Source of the DNA: Bryobacterales bacterium | GTDB lineage: Bacteria > Acidobacteriota > Terriglobia > Bryobacterales > UBA6623 | Assembly: GCA_965248305.1 (NCBI GenBank) | Contig: OZ252099.1 | Span: 4,785,981 to 4,849,980 of the forward strand | Reading direction: 5' to 3' | Length of the DNA stretch: 64,000 nucleotides | In this document: positions 20,537 to 30,302 of the stretch, piece by piece | Numbering within the stretch: the first letter of the stretch is position 1 | Layout of the letters: the number at the start of each line of letters is the position of its first letter | Notes under the pieces: generated by a model | Databases searched by the model: none | Told to the model about the DNA's origin: nothing | What the model saw: the letters and a program-made list of their open reading frames with translations, nothing else | Translations under genes and position numbers: made by a program

Positions 20537-21853
20537 GTGTCAGCTGTCGGTGTCGGAATCATAGGGCTGGGCAACGTGGGCAGCGGCACGCTGCGCCTGT
20601 TGCGCCAGAACGCCTCTCAAATTGAGGCGAAGCTCGGCTTCGCGCTCCAAGTATCCGCGGTGTGCTCGCGGAGCGTCTTGGAGGATCCGGCCGAAGCAGT
20701 CGGGCTGCATCCGGGAGCGCTGCGGACAACCGACTGGAGACAGGTCGTAGCCAGCCCCGGCGTGGACATCGTCGCCGAATTGATCGGCGGCACAGATCCG
20801 GCCAAGCAGATTCTCGAAACCGCCCTTGCGGCGGGCAAGCCGGTCGTCACAGCCAACAAGGAGCTGCTCGCCGAGCACGGGCCCTCGATCTGGCAGCAGT
20901 CACAGGTGACGGGGGCGACACTCGGGATGGAGGCATCCGTTGCCGGCGGCATCCCGGTCCTGAGCGCATTGCGCGAAGGCATCGGCGGTGACCGTGTGGA
21001 TGCCCTGATCGGAATTTTGAACGGGACCTCGAACTTCATCCTGACGGAGATCGAGCGCAGGGGCGCGCCATTCGATGAAGTCTTGCGTGAAGCGCAGGAA
21101 CTGGGCTACGCCGAAGCGGACCCCTCCGCCGATATCGACGGCTACGACGCGCGATCAAAGCTTGCCATCCTGGCGGCGCTGGCCTTTGGCGAGCGGGTTA
21201 CCCCCAGCGACATCCCGCTGGAGGGGATTCGACGCATCCGCACCATTGACTTCGCCTATGCAGGCCGTCTCGGGCACACTATCCGGCTTCTAGCGACCGC
21301 GCGGCGCGGACCGGATGGGCTTCGTCTGGCAGTGCGCCCTGCACTCGTGGAAAAGAACACGATCCTAGCCGGCGTCACGGGCTCGTATAACGCTCTGTGG
21401 GTACACGGACAGGGTGGCGACACCTTCTACTACGGCAAGGGTGCGGGCCCGGCCCCGACCGGCGTGGCGGTCGTCAGCGACCTGATGGCGGCAGCGAGGG
21501 ACCTGCGGGCATCCAGCATTCGGCGCGTGCCGCCGTTCGGACACGTGTCACTGAAGGCACACTCCCCAGTATCGAGTGATACAGAGGAGCGCCAGTTCTA
21601 TCTCCGGTTCCGCGTCCGGGACCGTGCCGGGATCTTGGCGACGCTCGCGTCGAAGCTGGCCGCACAAGGCGTCAGTATTGAAGCGGTGCTGCAAGAGCCG
21701 CACTTCGACAAACAGGACCTGCCGTTTGTCACCACGCTGGAGCCGGCCAGGCGGGGGGCGCTAGAAGCCGCTCTCCAGACAATCCGAGGGCTGGACTTCT
21801 TGGTGGACGAACCACTGGCCCTGCCCTTGGAGCCCGCCTTGACAGCCGCTTGA
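20537..21853 (+). CDS. hom: Homoserine dehydrogenase with C-terminal ACT domain
   Basis: VGVGIIGLGNVGSG NAD-binding start, then LGMEASVAGGIPV...LNGTSNFILT, then an ACT-like tail (YLRFRVRDRAGILATLASKLAAQGVSIEAV). The GTG at 20537 is chosen inside the ORF that starts at 20486. Confidence 0.9.
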   Translation: MSAVGVGIIGLGNVGSGTLRLLRQNASQIEAKLGFALQVSAVCSRSVLEDPAEAVGLHPGALRTTDWRQVVASPGVDIVAELIGGTDPAKQILETALAAGKPVVTANKELLAEHGPSIWQQSQVTGATLGMEASVAGGIPVLSALREGIGGDRVDALIGILNGTSNFILTEIERRGAPFDEVLREAQELGYAEADPSADIDGYDARSKLAILAALAFGERVTPSDIPLEGIRRIRTIDFAYAGRLGHTIRLLATARRGPDGLRLAVRPALVEKNTILAGVTGSYNALWVHGQGGDTFYYGKGAGPAPTGVAVVSDLMAAARDLRASSIRRVPPFGHVSLKAHSPVSSDTEERQFYLRFRVRDRAGILATLASKLAAQGVSIEAVLQEPHFDKQDLPFVTTLEPARRGALEAALQTIRGLDFLVDEPLALPLEPALTAA

Positions 21854-21930
21854 AACAGCCCGTCAATGCCAGCGGAAGACGTGCAAAGCGATATACCAAC
21901 GTGAGCCCAGAGGCTCAGAAACGAGGAACC

Positions 21931-22737
21931 ATGCCGACACAATCTATCGGAAAGAACCTGCGCCTGCGGCGCATCTTGCGCAACGGCCGCGCTTTAGTGG
22001 TGGCAATGGATCACGGCAATGCAGCGGGCGCGGTGCGCGGACTCGAAAGCCCGGCCGAGCTGGTGAAACAGCTCGCGCCCGCCGGCGCGGACGCGATTCT
22101 GGTAACGCCCGGGATCCTGCAACAGGTCTGCGAGCACGTGGGCGACCTAGCTATCCTGCTACGCATCGATGGTTGCGTCAGCTCCTTGAGCGGCGGGCCA
22201 ATGAGACAGTTCGTGCAGGTCGAACAGGCCCTGGCGATGGGAGCCGACGCGGTTGTGATGAACGCCACGCTGGGCGCGGAATTCGAAGGGGAAGAGCTCG
22301 AAAAGGTCGGCTGTGTCGCGAGCGAGAGCCGGGACTGGGGCATGCCCGTCGTCGCCGAGATCCTGAGCCAGGGCATGATGTCGAATCACATGGACATGTC
22401 CGGCCAGGGCGTCGCCACCCTGCCCGCCGGGATCGCCGACGACATCACCCTCGCCTGTCGCATCGGCGCAGAGCTCGGCTCGGACGTGATCAAGACCCGT
22501 TACTCCGGAAACGTCCAAGAATTCCGCAAGAGCGTTGACGCGTGCGGGGTCCCCGTGTTGGTGGCGGGCGGCCCCCGGCGCAGCGCAGGACTCGAGGGGA
22601 CTCTGGAAACCGTGACCGAAGTCTTGGCGGCGGGCGCATCCGGAGTCATTTTCGGCCGTCAGATCTGGCAGCACACCGATCCGGCAGAAGCTGTTGCAGC
22701 AGTCTCGGCGCTGGTCCACGGCAACAGCGGCTCGTAA
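21931..22737 (+). CDS. Class I aldolase of the DhnA/LsrF/AroA' family
   Basis: LRLRRILRNGRALVVAMDHG..., ADAILVTPG, DVIKTRYSG (putative Schiff-base Lys) and VPVLVAGGP. The ATG at 21931 is preceded by GAGGAA. Confidence 0.75.
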   Translation: MPTQSIGKNLRLRRILRNGRALVVAMDHGNAAGAVRGLESPAELVKQLAPAGADAILVTPGILQQVCEHVGDLAILLRIDGCVSSLSGGPMRQFVQVEQALAMGADAVVMNATLGAEFEGEELEKVGCVASESRDWGMPVVAEILSQGMMSNHMDMSGQGVATLPAGIADDITLACRIGAELGSDVIKTRYSGNVQEFRKSVDACGVPVLVAGGPRRSAGLEGTLETVTEVLAAGASGVIFGRQIWQHTDPAEAVAAVSALVHGNSGS

Positions 22738-22767
22738 CAGTCCGGGCGAGCGCTACAATCTCGAATC

Positions 22768-24843
22768 GTGCGCTCGAACCTGATTAGCCGACGCGATCTG
22801 CTGGCGCTAGCTGCTGCCAGCGCAGTCTCTAGGGCGTCAGGACAGACACAATTCGGCACGATGCTCTGGGAGTACGTGCGGGAGTACATTCGTCTGCTCG
22901 ACGAGCGCCGTGCCGAAGCACTCACGAAGCTGGAGTCGGAAGGCGACTTCTCAGCGCTGCGTGACAGAGTGCGCAACGAACTGGTGCGCAGCTGGGGCGC
23001 ATTCCCGCCCCGCTCGCAGCTCAACCCGAAGCACGTCGGGACGGTCGAGGCGGGAGACCATCTGATCGAGAAGATCGTCTTCGAGAGCCGGCCGGGCTTT
23101 CATGTCACGGCCAACCTGTACCGCCCCCGCGAGTCGGCGGGGCGGCTGCCCGCGATCATCTTCCCGTGCGGTCACGGCAAGGGCGGTAAGGCCGCCGAGA
23201 GCTACCAGTCGTTCTCGTCGCTGATGGCTCGGCACGGCATCGCCGTACTGACCTGGGATCCGCTCGGACAGGGCGAGCGCCATCAGTATGTGGATCCGAA
23301 CACCGGCATGACGAGCTTCTCGCCGGGTACCGGGGAGCACCGAATCTTGGGCGACCGGTGCTACTTGCTCGGCGAGAACCTGATGCAGTACCGGGCTTGG
23401 GACGCCACCCGCGCGCTGGACTACTTGGAATCGCGCCCCGAATTCGACCCCGCGCGGGTCGGCATCGCCGGCCAGTCCGGCGGAGGCATGGTGACGCTGC
23501 AGTTCGCATGCTTCGACGACCGGATCAAGGCCGCTTTTGCCAGTTGTGCGGTGGCAAGCTTCCGAGCCAAGACCGAGGCGCTGCTCATGGCCGATCCGGA
23601 ACAGGTCCTGTACGGCACGCTGCGAGCCGGAATCGACCATCCCGAACTGCTCGCGGCCTTTGCCCCGAAGCCGCTGTTGATCGGAGCGGCGCTCAGGGAT
23701 TTCGTCCCTATCGAGGGCGCTAGGCGGACGCATGCGGAGCTGCAGTCTGTCTATGAAAGGCTCGGCGCTGAGAACAACCTCGAGCTGGCGGAAACCGACG
23801 CCACTCACGGACTGAACCGGGAGCTCCGCGAAGCCGCCTGCTCGTTCTTCCTGCGGAAGCTCGCGGGGCGCGAGCAAACGGTCTCCGAGGCGCAAGCCGA
23901 AATCCGGCCGGAGCAAGAGCTGGCCTGCACTGCCGCCGGCCAGGTCGCGATTTCACTTGGGGCCAAGAGTGTCGCCGATCTCAGCGCGGAGCGGGCGGAC
24001 GCGATCACGCCGACGTTTGAAACGCCTCGCAGTGCAAGCGAATTCGGTGTCTACCAGAGCGTCATCGCCAACCGGATCCGCGAGGTCACGCGGGTCGGCT
24101 CGTTCAAGGCAGAATCCGGGATCGACGTGCCTTCCCGGTTCCTCGACGCCGGCGTGTATGCCAAGGGGGCGGTGTTCTTGGTCGCGGACCAGGGCAAGGA
24201 CCACCCGCTCGTGCAGCGCTACCTCATCGATGCCGTGGTGGCGTCGAACCATAGCGTGTACGGTCTCGACGTGCGCGGCTGGGGAGCAACCAAACCCGCG
24301 ATGCCGTCCTTGGACGTGGGCTTCGATTGGGACGACTTTCTCGCCTACCGCAGCCTTGAGTTGGGGCGCCCGCTGTTCGGCCAGCGCCTCAAAGACCTGC
24401 TCGCAACCGCTCCGAAGCTGACCCAGAGACGTGAATGGATCGTAGCGGGCGTTGGTATCGGTGGCCTCATCGCGGCACACGCGGCAGCCCTCGATGCACG
24501 CATCGTGGGCGTTGTGAGCATCCAAGCGCCCATTTCCTACCGGTCGATCCTGGATGACCCAGAGGCGACGCAGCCGGTGAGCTGTCTACTTCCCGGAGTT
24601 CTGGGAGCGTACGAGATCCGCGATCTATACGCGAGTCTCGCTCCCCGGCCGCTACTGATCATCAATCCACAGGACTCGCGACGCCGGACGGTGGAATCGG
24701 AAGCTGCGAAGTCAGCATTCACCTGGGCGCGCGACGTCTACGATGCACTCGAAGCGACTGACTCGCTGCGAATCGAGACTGGATTGGGGCGGACTGATGT
24801 CCGGGAGCTTGTCGGCGAATGGCTGGGCTCCGCCTCGGCCTGA
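22768..24843 (+). CDS. Secreted alpha/beta hydrolase (acetyl-xylan-esterase / dienelactone-hydrolase-like)
   Basis: TAT-like leader SRRDLLALAAASAVS, nucleophile elbow GIAGQSGGG (GxSxG), 691 aa. Confidence 0.7.
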   Translation: MRSNLISRRDLLALAAASAVSRASGQTQFGTMLWEYVREYIRLLDERRAEALTKLESEGDFSALRDRVRNELVRSWGAFPPRSQLNPKHVGTVEAGDHLIEKIVFESRPGFHVTANLYRPRESAGRLPAIIFPCGHGKGGKAAESYQSFSSLMARHGIAVLTWDPLGQGERHQYVDPNTGMTSFSPGTGEHRILGDRCYLLGENLMQYRAWDATRALDYLESRPEFDPARVGIAGQSGGGMVTLQFACFDDRIKAAFASCAVASFRAKTEALLMADPEQVLYGTLRAGIDHPELLAAFAPKPLLIGAALRDFVPIEGARRTHAELQSVYERLGAENNLELAETDATHGLNRELREAACSFFLRKLAGREQTVSEAQAEIRPEQELACTAAGQVAISLGAKSVADLSAERADAITPTFETPRSASEFGVYQSVIANRIREVTRVGSFKAESGIDVPSRFLDAGVYAKGAVFLVADQGKDHPLVQRYLIDAVVASNHSVYGLDVRGWGATKPAMPSLDVGFDWDDFLAYRSLELGRPLFGQRLKDLLATAPKLTQRREWIVAGVGIGGLIAAHAAALDARIVGVVSIQAPISYRSILDDPEATQPVSCLLPGVLGAYEIRDLYASLAPRPLLIINPQDSRRRTVESEAAKSAFTWARDVYDALEATDSLRIETGLGRTDVRELVGEWLGSASA

Positions 24844-24862
24844 TCCGGTGCCAGCCCGCCGC

Positions 24863-26737
24863 TCATTCCCACTCGATCGTGGACGGCGGCTTGTTTGAGA
24901 TGTCGTACACGACGGCGTCTACGCCGTCCATCGCCAGCAAGCGGTCGGCTAGGGCGCGCAGCCCGCTAACGGCAAGTTCCGCAACGGACGCCGTCATGCC
25001 GTCAACCGAGATGACGGGCCGCAGGGCGACGGTCTCGCCGCCGTTGCAGCCCCACGGCAGCGACACCACCGGGCACTGCCAGACACTGCTGTAGAGATTC
25101 TCTGCGCGGAGGTATTCGGTCACCGCGTGGTCGACCTGCCGCAGTAGCCGCACTCGTTCTGGGGTCAGCGTGGCGGGCTTGATGTGCCACTCCTCTGGCC
25201 TGATCTCGCGCGGTGCGAGGCAGGCCACAATGCGGTTGGTCTGGCGGAATTCGTTCGTAATCGCAGTGGAGAGCGGCAACAGCCGGGCGTAGTCGAAGTC
25301 ACCGCCGTGCAGCACGGTCAAGTGCGCGTAGCTGCGACTGTCCCCCTGAACGCCCACGCTGCGCACTGGCAGCAGGAATGCCGAGTAGCCGGCCCGCTCG
25401 GCCAGCGCCGCGATTCCCTGGTCGGGGACCGCAGGCTCGGCCTCCGCTGAGCACAGGCAGCGGATCGCAAGTCCGGGCCCAGGAAACGGGTGCCGGTCGA
25501 GCAGTCTGTCGGGAAGCCCGATCACTCGACCAATCTCGCGAACTTCATCCTTGTAGAACTCACTCAAGGGCTCGAGCACGCGGCCAGCATCCAGCAGCTC
25601 CTGGATGCGTTCCACGCGATTGTGGTGTGTCTTGATCACCTCGGCGGCGTTCGTTCCGCCGGACTCGATCGTGTCGGGATAAATGGTGCCCTGCCCCAGC
25701 ATCCAGTCTTGGCCTGCATAGCGCTCGTCGCGGAGGATCTCGTCTTGAACGTCCACGAAAGCCTGGCCGATGATCGCCCGCTTGGTTTCGGGGTCGGCCA
25801 CGCCCCGCAGGCGATCCATGAACAGATCCGCGGCCGCAAACACGCGCAACTCGCCAAGTTCCATCTCGCGGAAGGCCGCTTCGATCTCTGCGGTCTCTCC
25901 CTCGCGCATGAACCCGGTGTCCACATAGACCGCCTCGACATGATCAGAGCCCAGAGCGCGAACCGCCAGAGCATAGGCCACGGTCGAGTCCACACCGCCG
26001 CTGAGGAAGAGCAGCACCGGCCGGTCGCCCGCCGCAGCCCTGATCTGCCCCAGCAGGCCCTCGACGCGATCCTTGGGATGCCAGTCCATTTCGCATGCGC
26101 AGGCATTGCGGAGGAAATTGCCGAGAATCTTGGATCCGTTGGGTGTGTGGACCACCTCGGGATGGAACTGTAGCCCGTAGACCCTGCGCCCCTCGTCGCC
26201 CATAGCCGCGACAGAGCACTCGGTCGTGTCTCCCAGCACCGCGAAGCCTGCGGGCAGGATAGCGACATGGTCGCCATGGCTCATCCAGACGCGCTGCTCG
26301 GCCGCCATGCCGTCAAACAGCCCGGCGGAGCCGTGCAGGCCCAGCGTCTGGTCGCCATGGCTCATCCAGACGCCCTGCTCGGCCACCATGCCGTCAAACA
26401 GCCCGGCGGAGCCGTGCAGGCGCAGCGTCGCGCTACCGAATTCCTGAGCCTGGCCGCGCTCGACCACGCCGCCGAGATGGCGAGCGATCAACTGGTGGCC
26501 GTAGCAGATGCCCAGCATGGGCTTGCCGAGCTTGAACAGTCCCGGATCGGGCTGCGGGCTGGCCTTGTCGAACACGCTCGATGGACCGCCAGACAGAACA
26601 ATGCCTGCGTGCTCGCTGACCCGCTCAGGGGAGACCCCAACGGGCAGAATCTCGGCATAAACGCCGAGCTCGCGAATCTTGCGAGCGATCAGGTGGCAGT
26701 ACTGCCCCCCGGAGTCGAGAACTGCGATTCTCTCCAT
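24863..26737 (-). CDS. guaA: GMP synthase (glutamine-hydrolysing), long form, carrying an internal 27-aa tandem duplication
   Basis: GATase domain (IAVLDSGGQYCHLIARKIRELGV, GICYGHQL, FHPEVVHT), ATP-PPase P-loop (FLSGGVDSTV) and C-terminal IEWE. The duplicated segment is described as a separate repeat feature. Confidence 0.93.
   Translation of the reverse strand: MERIAVLDSGGQYCHLIARKIRELGVYAEILPVGVSPERVSEHAGIVLSGGPSSVFDKASPQPDPGLFKLGKPMLGICYGHQLIARHLGGVVERGQAQEFGSATLRLHGSAGLFDGMVAEQGVWMSHGDQTLGLHGSAGLFDGMAAEQRVWMSHGDHVAILPAGFAVLGDTTECSVAAMGDEGRRVYGLQFHPEVVHTPNGSKILGNFLRNACACEMDWHPKDRVEGLLGQIRAAAGDRPVLLFLSGGVDSTVAYALAVRALGSDHVEAVYVDTGFMREGETAEIEAAFREMELGELRVFAAADLFMDRLRGVADPETKRAIIGQAFVDVQDEILRDERYAGQDWMLGQGTIYPDTIESGGTNAAEVIKTHHNRVERIQELLDAGRVLEPLSEFYKDEVREIGRVIGLPDRLLDRHPFPGPGLAIRCLCSAEAEPAVPDQGIAALAERAGYSAFLLPVRSVGVQGDSRSYAHLTVLHGGDFDYARLLPLSTAITNEFRQTNRIVACLAPREIRPEEWHIKPATLTPERVRLLRQVDHAVTEYLRAENLYSSVWQCPVVSLPWGCNGGETVALRPVISVDGMTASVAELAVSGLRALADRLLAMDGVDAVVYDISNKPPSTIEWE
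26268..26429. repeat. 81-bp x2 in-frame tandem duplication inside guaA
   Basis: Copy 26268-26348 and copy 26349-26429 are identical at 78 of 81 positions. Mismatches are at 26293/26374, 26304/26385 and 26341/26422. They encode TLRLHGSAGLFDGMVAEQGVWMSHGDQ and TLGLHGSAGLFDGMAAEQRVWMSHGDH. Confidence 0.95.
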
Positions 26738-26821
26738 CTAACACAGGGTGGCCGGCACGAACGGATCCCGGATAGCGCCCGGCGCAATCCCAGCAATCCA
26801 TTGTCGCATTCTGACGCCGTG

Positions 26822-26867
26822 CCAGCCTACAAGCGGCCCGCTACCACGCGAGCCGCTTGTAGGCTGG
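26822..26867. repeat. Perfect 16-bp inverted repeat (hairpin) in the guaA upstream region
   Basis: CCAGCCTACAAGCGGC (26822-26837), a 14-nt loop, then GCCGCTTGTAGGCTGG (26852-26867). There is no flanking T-run on either strand. Confidence 0.9.
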
Positions 26868-27260
26868 GTTGAGGCTATCCCATGCCATCTGGTCGCATGG
26901 AGCAACTATTGAATCTACGGTTGCGCGCTCTGGGCAAGGCCAGAAGGGTTACTGGAGTTCATTCCGTCACGCAGACCGAGCTCCTGCAGCGAACGTGCCC
27001 CGGCGGATTCGGGGACAGGCTGCAACGCTGCGTGCGTGTTGGTTCCGCGGCGGACGCCTCGTCGGACTGAACGTGCCCGGCCACGGCATGCTGCCCGACG
27101 AATATCGCGGGCAAGTAGCTGGACGGTGAATGCCACGACCGGGCTCAAGGCACCCGGCTTGCGCGGCACCCCGAAGACGAGTTGCACGGGCTTGGAACGA
27201 ATACCGTCTATTTCTCTTTATAAAAAGGATGAGTTCTACTAGAAGTCTCTTTATGAGAAG

Positions 27261-28619
27261 GTGAGATTAGCGAAGATGGTTGTGCCTCGGCCAAGATTGA
27301 AGCAGGTCGTCAGCGACCTGCTCACCGATTCCGCCCGGAAGCCGCTGCCGGCCTTGACGGCTCGGAACGTTCACGGACGAATCGACTTCTCTGGCAAGGC
27401 CACGGCCGTCGTCGGGGTTCGGCGCGCCGGCAAGACCACGTTCCTCCATCAACTGCGAGCCGGGAAAGTCCGCGAGGGCACTCCGCTACGCCTCCTGCCG
27501 TTCGTCTCGTTCGAAGACGAGCGACTGGTCGGTTTGGACGCTTCCGATCTTGGCCTGGTGGTTGACGAGTACCGTCGGCTGTTCCCGGATTCGAACCCGG
27601 CGGGGACTGTGACATGGCATTTCGACGAAATCCAATTGGTCAGTGGGTGGGAGCGATTCGTTCGACGGCTGCTGGAAACAGAGGGAGACAAGGTCCTTGT
27701 CACAGGCTCCTCAGCAGGCTTGCTCTCCCAGGAAATCGCGACGGCGTTGCGTGGCAGAGGGTGGCGCGTCCTCCTGCACCCGTTCAGCTTCGAAGAGGCT
27801 CTGCGGCACAGCGGAACTGAGCTCCCGTCGGAAGGAAGTCGCCTGTCGGCTAGGGACAGGCTGGGGATGGAGCGGGCCTACATGGACTGGCTCCGGACGG
27901 GAGGCTTTCCGGAGGCCCAAGGGCTGGAGTCCTCCGAGCGACGGCAGTTGTTACGAGACTACGTGGATGTGGCGATGTTTCGCGATGTGGTCGAGCGCCA
28001 CAACGTGCGGAACGTAACTGGCCTCCGCTGGCTGGTCCGGCAGATGCTCGGCAACGCTGGGTCGCTCTTCAGCGTCGAGAAGTTCTTCGGGGCCCTGAAG
28101 TCGCAGGGGATTGCGATCGGCAAGAATTCCGTGCATCAGTTGCTCGGCTACCTCGATGACTGCTTCTTGGTGCGCTTGATCTGGATGGAATCCGGGTCGG
28201 AGCGCCAGCGGATGGTAAATCCGCGCAAGGCGTATCCGGTGGACACAGGCCTGATTCCTGTCTTCGACAGGACGGGCAAGGCTAATCTCGGCCACGCTCT
28301 CGAAACAGCGGTGCTCATCGAACTCGAGCGGAGAGGATGCGAAATCACTTATGTTCGGACTCCGGACGGGTTCGAAGTGGATTTCCTGGCCCGCGGTCCG
28401 GGTGACCAAGCGGTTCTCATCCAGGCCTGCGCCGACCTGTCAGACCCGGTCACTGCCAATCGGGAGATTCGCGCCTTGCAGCGGGCGGGCGCTGCGATGC
28501 CGGGGGCCGGCAAGCTTATCCTGACGCTGACCGCCGACGGAATTCCGAGCGACCCGCCGACCGGCGTGTCCGTTCAGACGGCGTGGGAATGGTCGCTGGG
28601 TCTGCCGCCGGCCGCATGA
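27261..28619 (+). CDS. AAA+ ATPase of the AAA_14 / DUF4143 type
   Basis: Walker A GVRRAGKTTFLHQL and Walker B-like VTWHFDEIQ. The C-terminal part is DUF4143-like (YLDDCFLVRLI...NPRKAYPVDTGL). The gene is preceded by an AT-rich stretch (27190-27260). Confidence 0.85.
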   Translation: MRLAKMVVPRPRLKQVVSDLLTDSARKPLPALTARNVHGRIDFSGKATAVVGVRRAGKTTFLHQLRAGKVREGTPLRLLPFVSFEDERLVGLDASDLGLVVDEYRRLFPDSNPAGTVTWHFDEIQLVSGWERFVRRLLETEGDKVLVTGSSAGLLSQEIATALRGRGWRVLLHPFSFEEALRHSGTELPSEGSRLSARDRLGMERAYMDWLRTGGFPEAQGLESSERRQLLRDYVDVAMFRDVVERHNVRNVTGLRWLVRQMLGNAGSLFSVEKFFGALKSQGIAIGKNSVHQLLGYLDDCFLVRLIWMESGSERQRMVNPRKAYPVDTGLIPVFDRTGKANLGHALETAVLIELERRGCEITYVRTPDGFEVDFLARGPGDQAVLIQACADLSDPVTANREIRALQRAGAAMPGAGKLILTLTADGIPSDPPTGVSVQTAWEWSLGLPPAA

Positions 28620-29049
28620 GGGCCACTCCACCGATCTCTGCGCCTGCTGGGCTCTCCCCGACCCTACAGCCCTGCGCTACTCAACGCTGTGGGCAAATCG
28701 TCTTCGCCTGCGGCATCGAGCCGATCTTCGAGGAGCGGTGTTCCGCCTACCAGGATGAGCGGCTAAGCAAACAGGGCTGGCAGCGCGATTCCCATGACCT
28801 CACGAGGTGATCCTGCCGCTCGGAGCTGGCCCAGTGCCGGACGTGGTCCTGCAGTTACTGATGTCGCCAGCCGGACCTCGCAGTGTCTGGCGGCAGAAGG
28901 CCCAAGGGCGGGCAGAATCTGTCCGGCGCGGCACCACGCACACAGAACCAAGACCAGCCTAATATCAGGCTGCCAACACGCGATCTGGCACGTACGTCGC
29001 GACGCTGCCGGATCGGACTCCGGCTCATTGCGCTGGCAGGTATTGGGGA

Positions 29050-30150
29050 GATGACCGAGGGATTGACTCGGTTCAGGATGGCGGTAGCTGCGACGGCCTC
29101 CGGAGCGCTGGCAGCAGCATGGGGTCCCGGCTCGGTCGCGGTCGAACGGAGCCGCACCCCGCCAGCAGTGCCGGCAGTGAGAGTAGGGCCGTCGCAGGCT
29201 CACTGCACCGAACAGGCTGACCAGCGGCGTGGGCCGCGGCCTCTCGCAGTGCATGGGGCTGCCGAAGGCGCACGGCGGTGGCTGGCCCCCGTTCGAGACG
29301 CGCAAGCACCCGCTGGCAAAGGTCTGGAAGCTGGCCAGCGACAACGACAGCGACAGCGCCGAAACGCGTCTGTGCGTGTGGAGCGATGGCCGCCAGGCGA
29401 AAGAGGACAGCATGCTCGCACAGCGTCGGGAACGCTTCGAGCAGGAACTGCGCCAGCTGCATGCCGGGCTGTCCAAAGCGGGTTGCACCAAGCGCTATGC
29501 ACGCGTCTTGGAGCGCCTCGGGCGCATCAAGGAGCGCCACAAAGCCGTGGCGGGCCAATATCACATCACGGTCACCCAGAAAGCTCCCGAAACCACTGCA
29601 GCAGACGCAGCCAAACCGCAGCCGGCCGCGCCAAACCAAGCCGGCGCTGGCCGCCGCCGTCGCGTGGCAGCGCAACGCCAAACACGCCCAGCGCTCGGCC
29701 ACGGCGGGGACCTATCTGTTGCGCACCAGTCACTGCGACTGGGACCTGGAGCGCGTGGTGCGCACGTATTGGCAGCTCAGCGACATTGAGGCGACCTTCC
29801 GCAGCCTGAAGGGCGAACTGGGCCCGCGCCCGATCTACCACAGCAAGCGGGACCGCATTCGGGCGCACCTGTTCGTGGCGGTTTTGGCGTACCATGCGAT
29901 CCACCTCGTGCGGCAGCGCTTGGCCGCGGCCGGCAACCATGACAGTTGGACCACCCTGCGGCACAAGCTGGCCAATTGGGTGCGCCAGACGACGACCCTG
30001 CAACGCGAGGACGGGCGTTGGATCGAGACGCGGCAGGACGCGCGCCCGACACCGCAGGCGGCCCACCTCGCCAGCGCCTTGGGCTGGCCGCCCCAACTGC
30101 ATCGGCAGAGGCGGGTGACGCCGGAGCCGGTGGCTGCCCGGGAGCACTGA
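29050..30150 (+). pseudogene. Decayed IS1634-family transposase (C-terminal ~55%, at least 2 frameshifts)
   Basis: Pieces in three frames align to the 2496-4454 protein: VAVERSRTPPA ~ ITVERQRRAAP; ETRLCVWSDGRQAKEDSMLAQRRERFEQELRQLHAGLSK ~ EARLCVWSPQRERDEQEFLQRRRARYEACLQALHTGLSV; GTYLLRTSHCDWDLERVVRTYWQLSDIEATFRSLKGELGPRPIYH ~ GTSLLRTSRTDWDDERIVREYCRLADIEATFRSFKEELGLRPLHH. Confidence 0.8.
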
Positions 30151-30262
30151 ACAATTCCAATCGTGTGGTGCCATACTGAATTCCGAGGTGCCCATAAGTC
30201 ATGTCGTTGCAACTACTTATGGAAATTCGATTTTCAAAAACGGTGAACTCGGGCTGGGACAC
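29050..30262 (+). mobile_element. IS1634-family remnant (5' part deleted), including right terminus
   Basis: The transposase pseudogene plus the terminal sequence GGAAATTCGATTTTCAAAAACGGTGAACT (30221-30249). That terminus is related to the end of the intact copy. Confidence 0.65.
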
Positions 30263-30302
30263 TCAGCTGCTCTTTAGCTCGACGAGTGTACCGAGACCCC
30301 CT

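Noticed and set aside
27585-27600. CCGGATTCGAACCCGG, which looks like the complement of a tRNA T-arm
   Set aside because: It lies inside the AAA+ ATPase coding frame (..FPDSNPAG..). No acceptor, D or anticodon stems are found around it.
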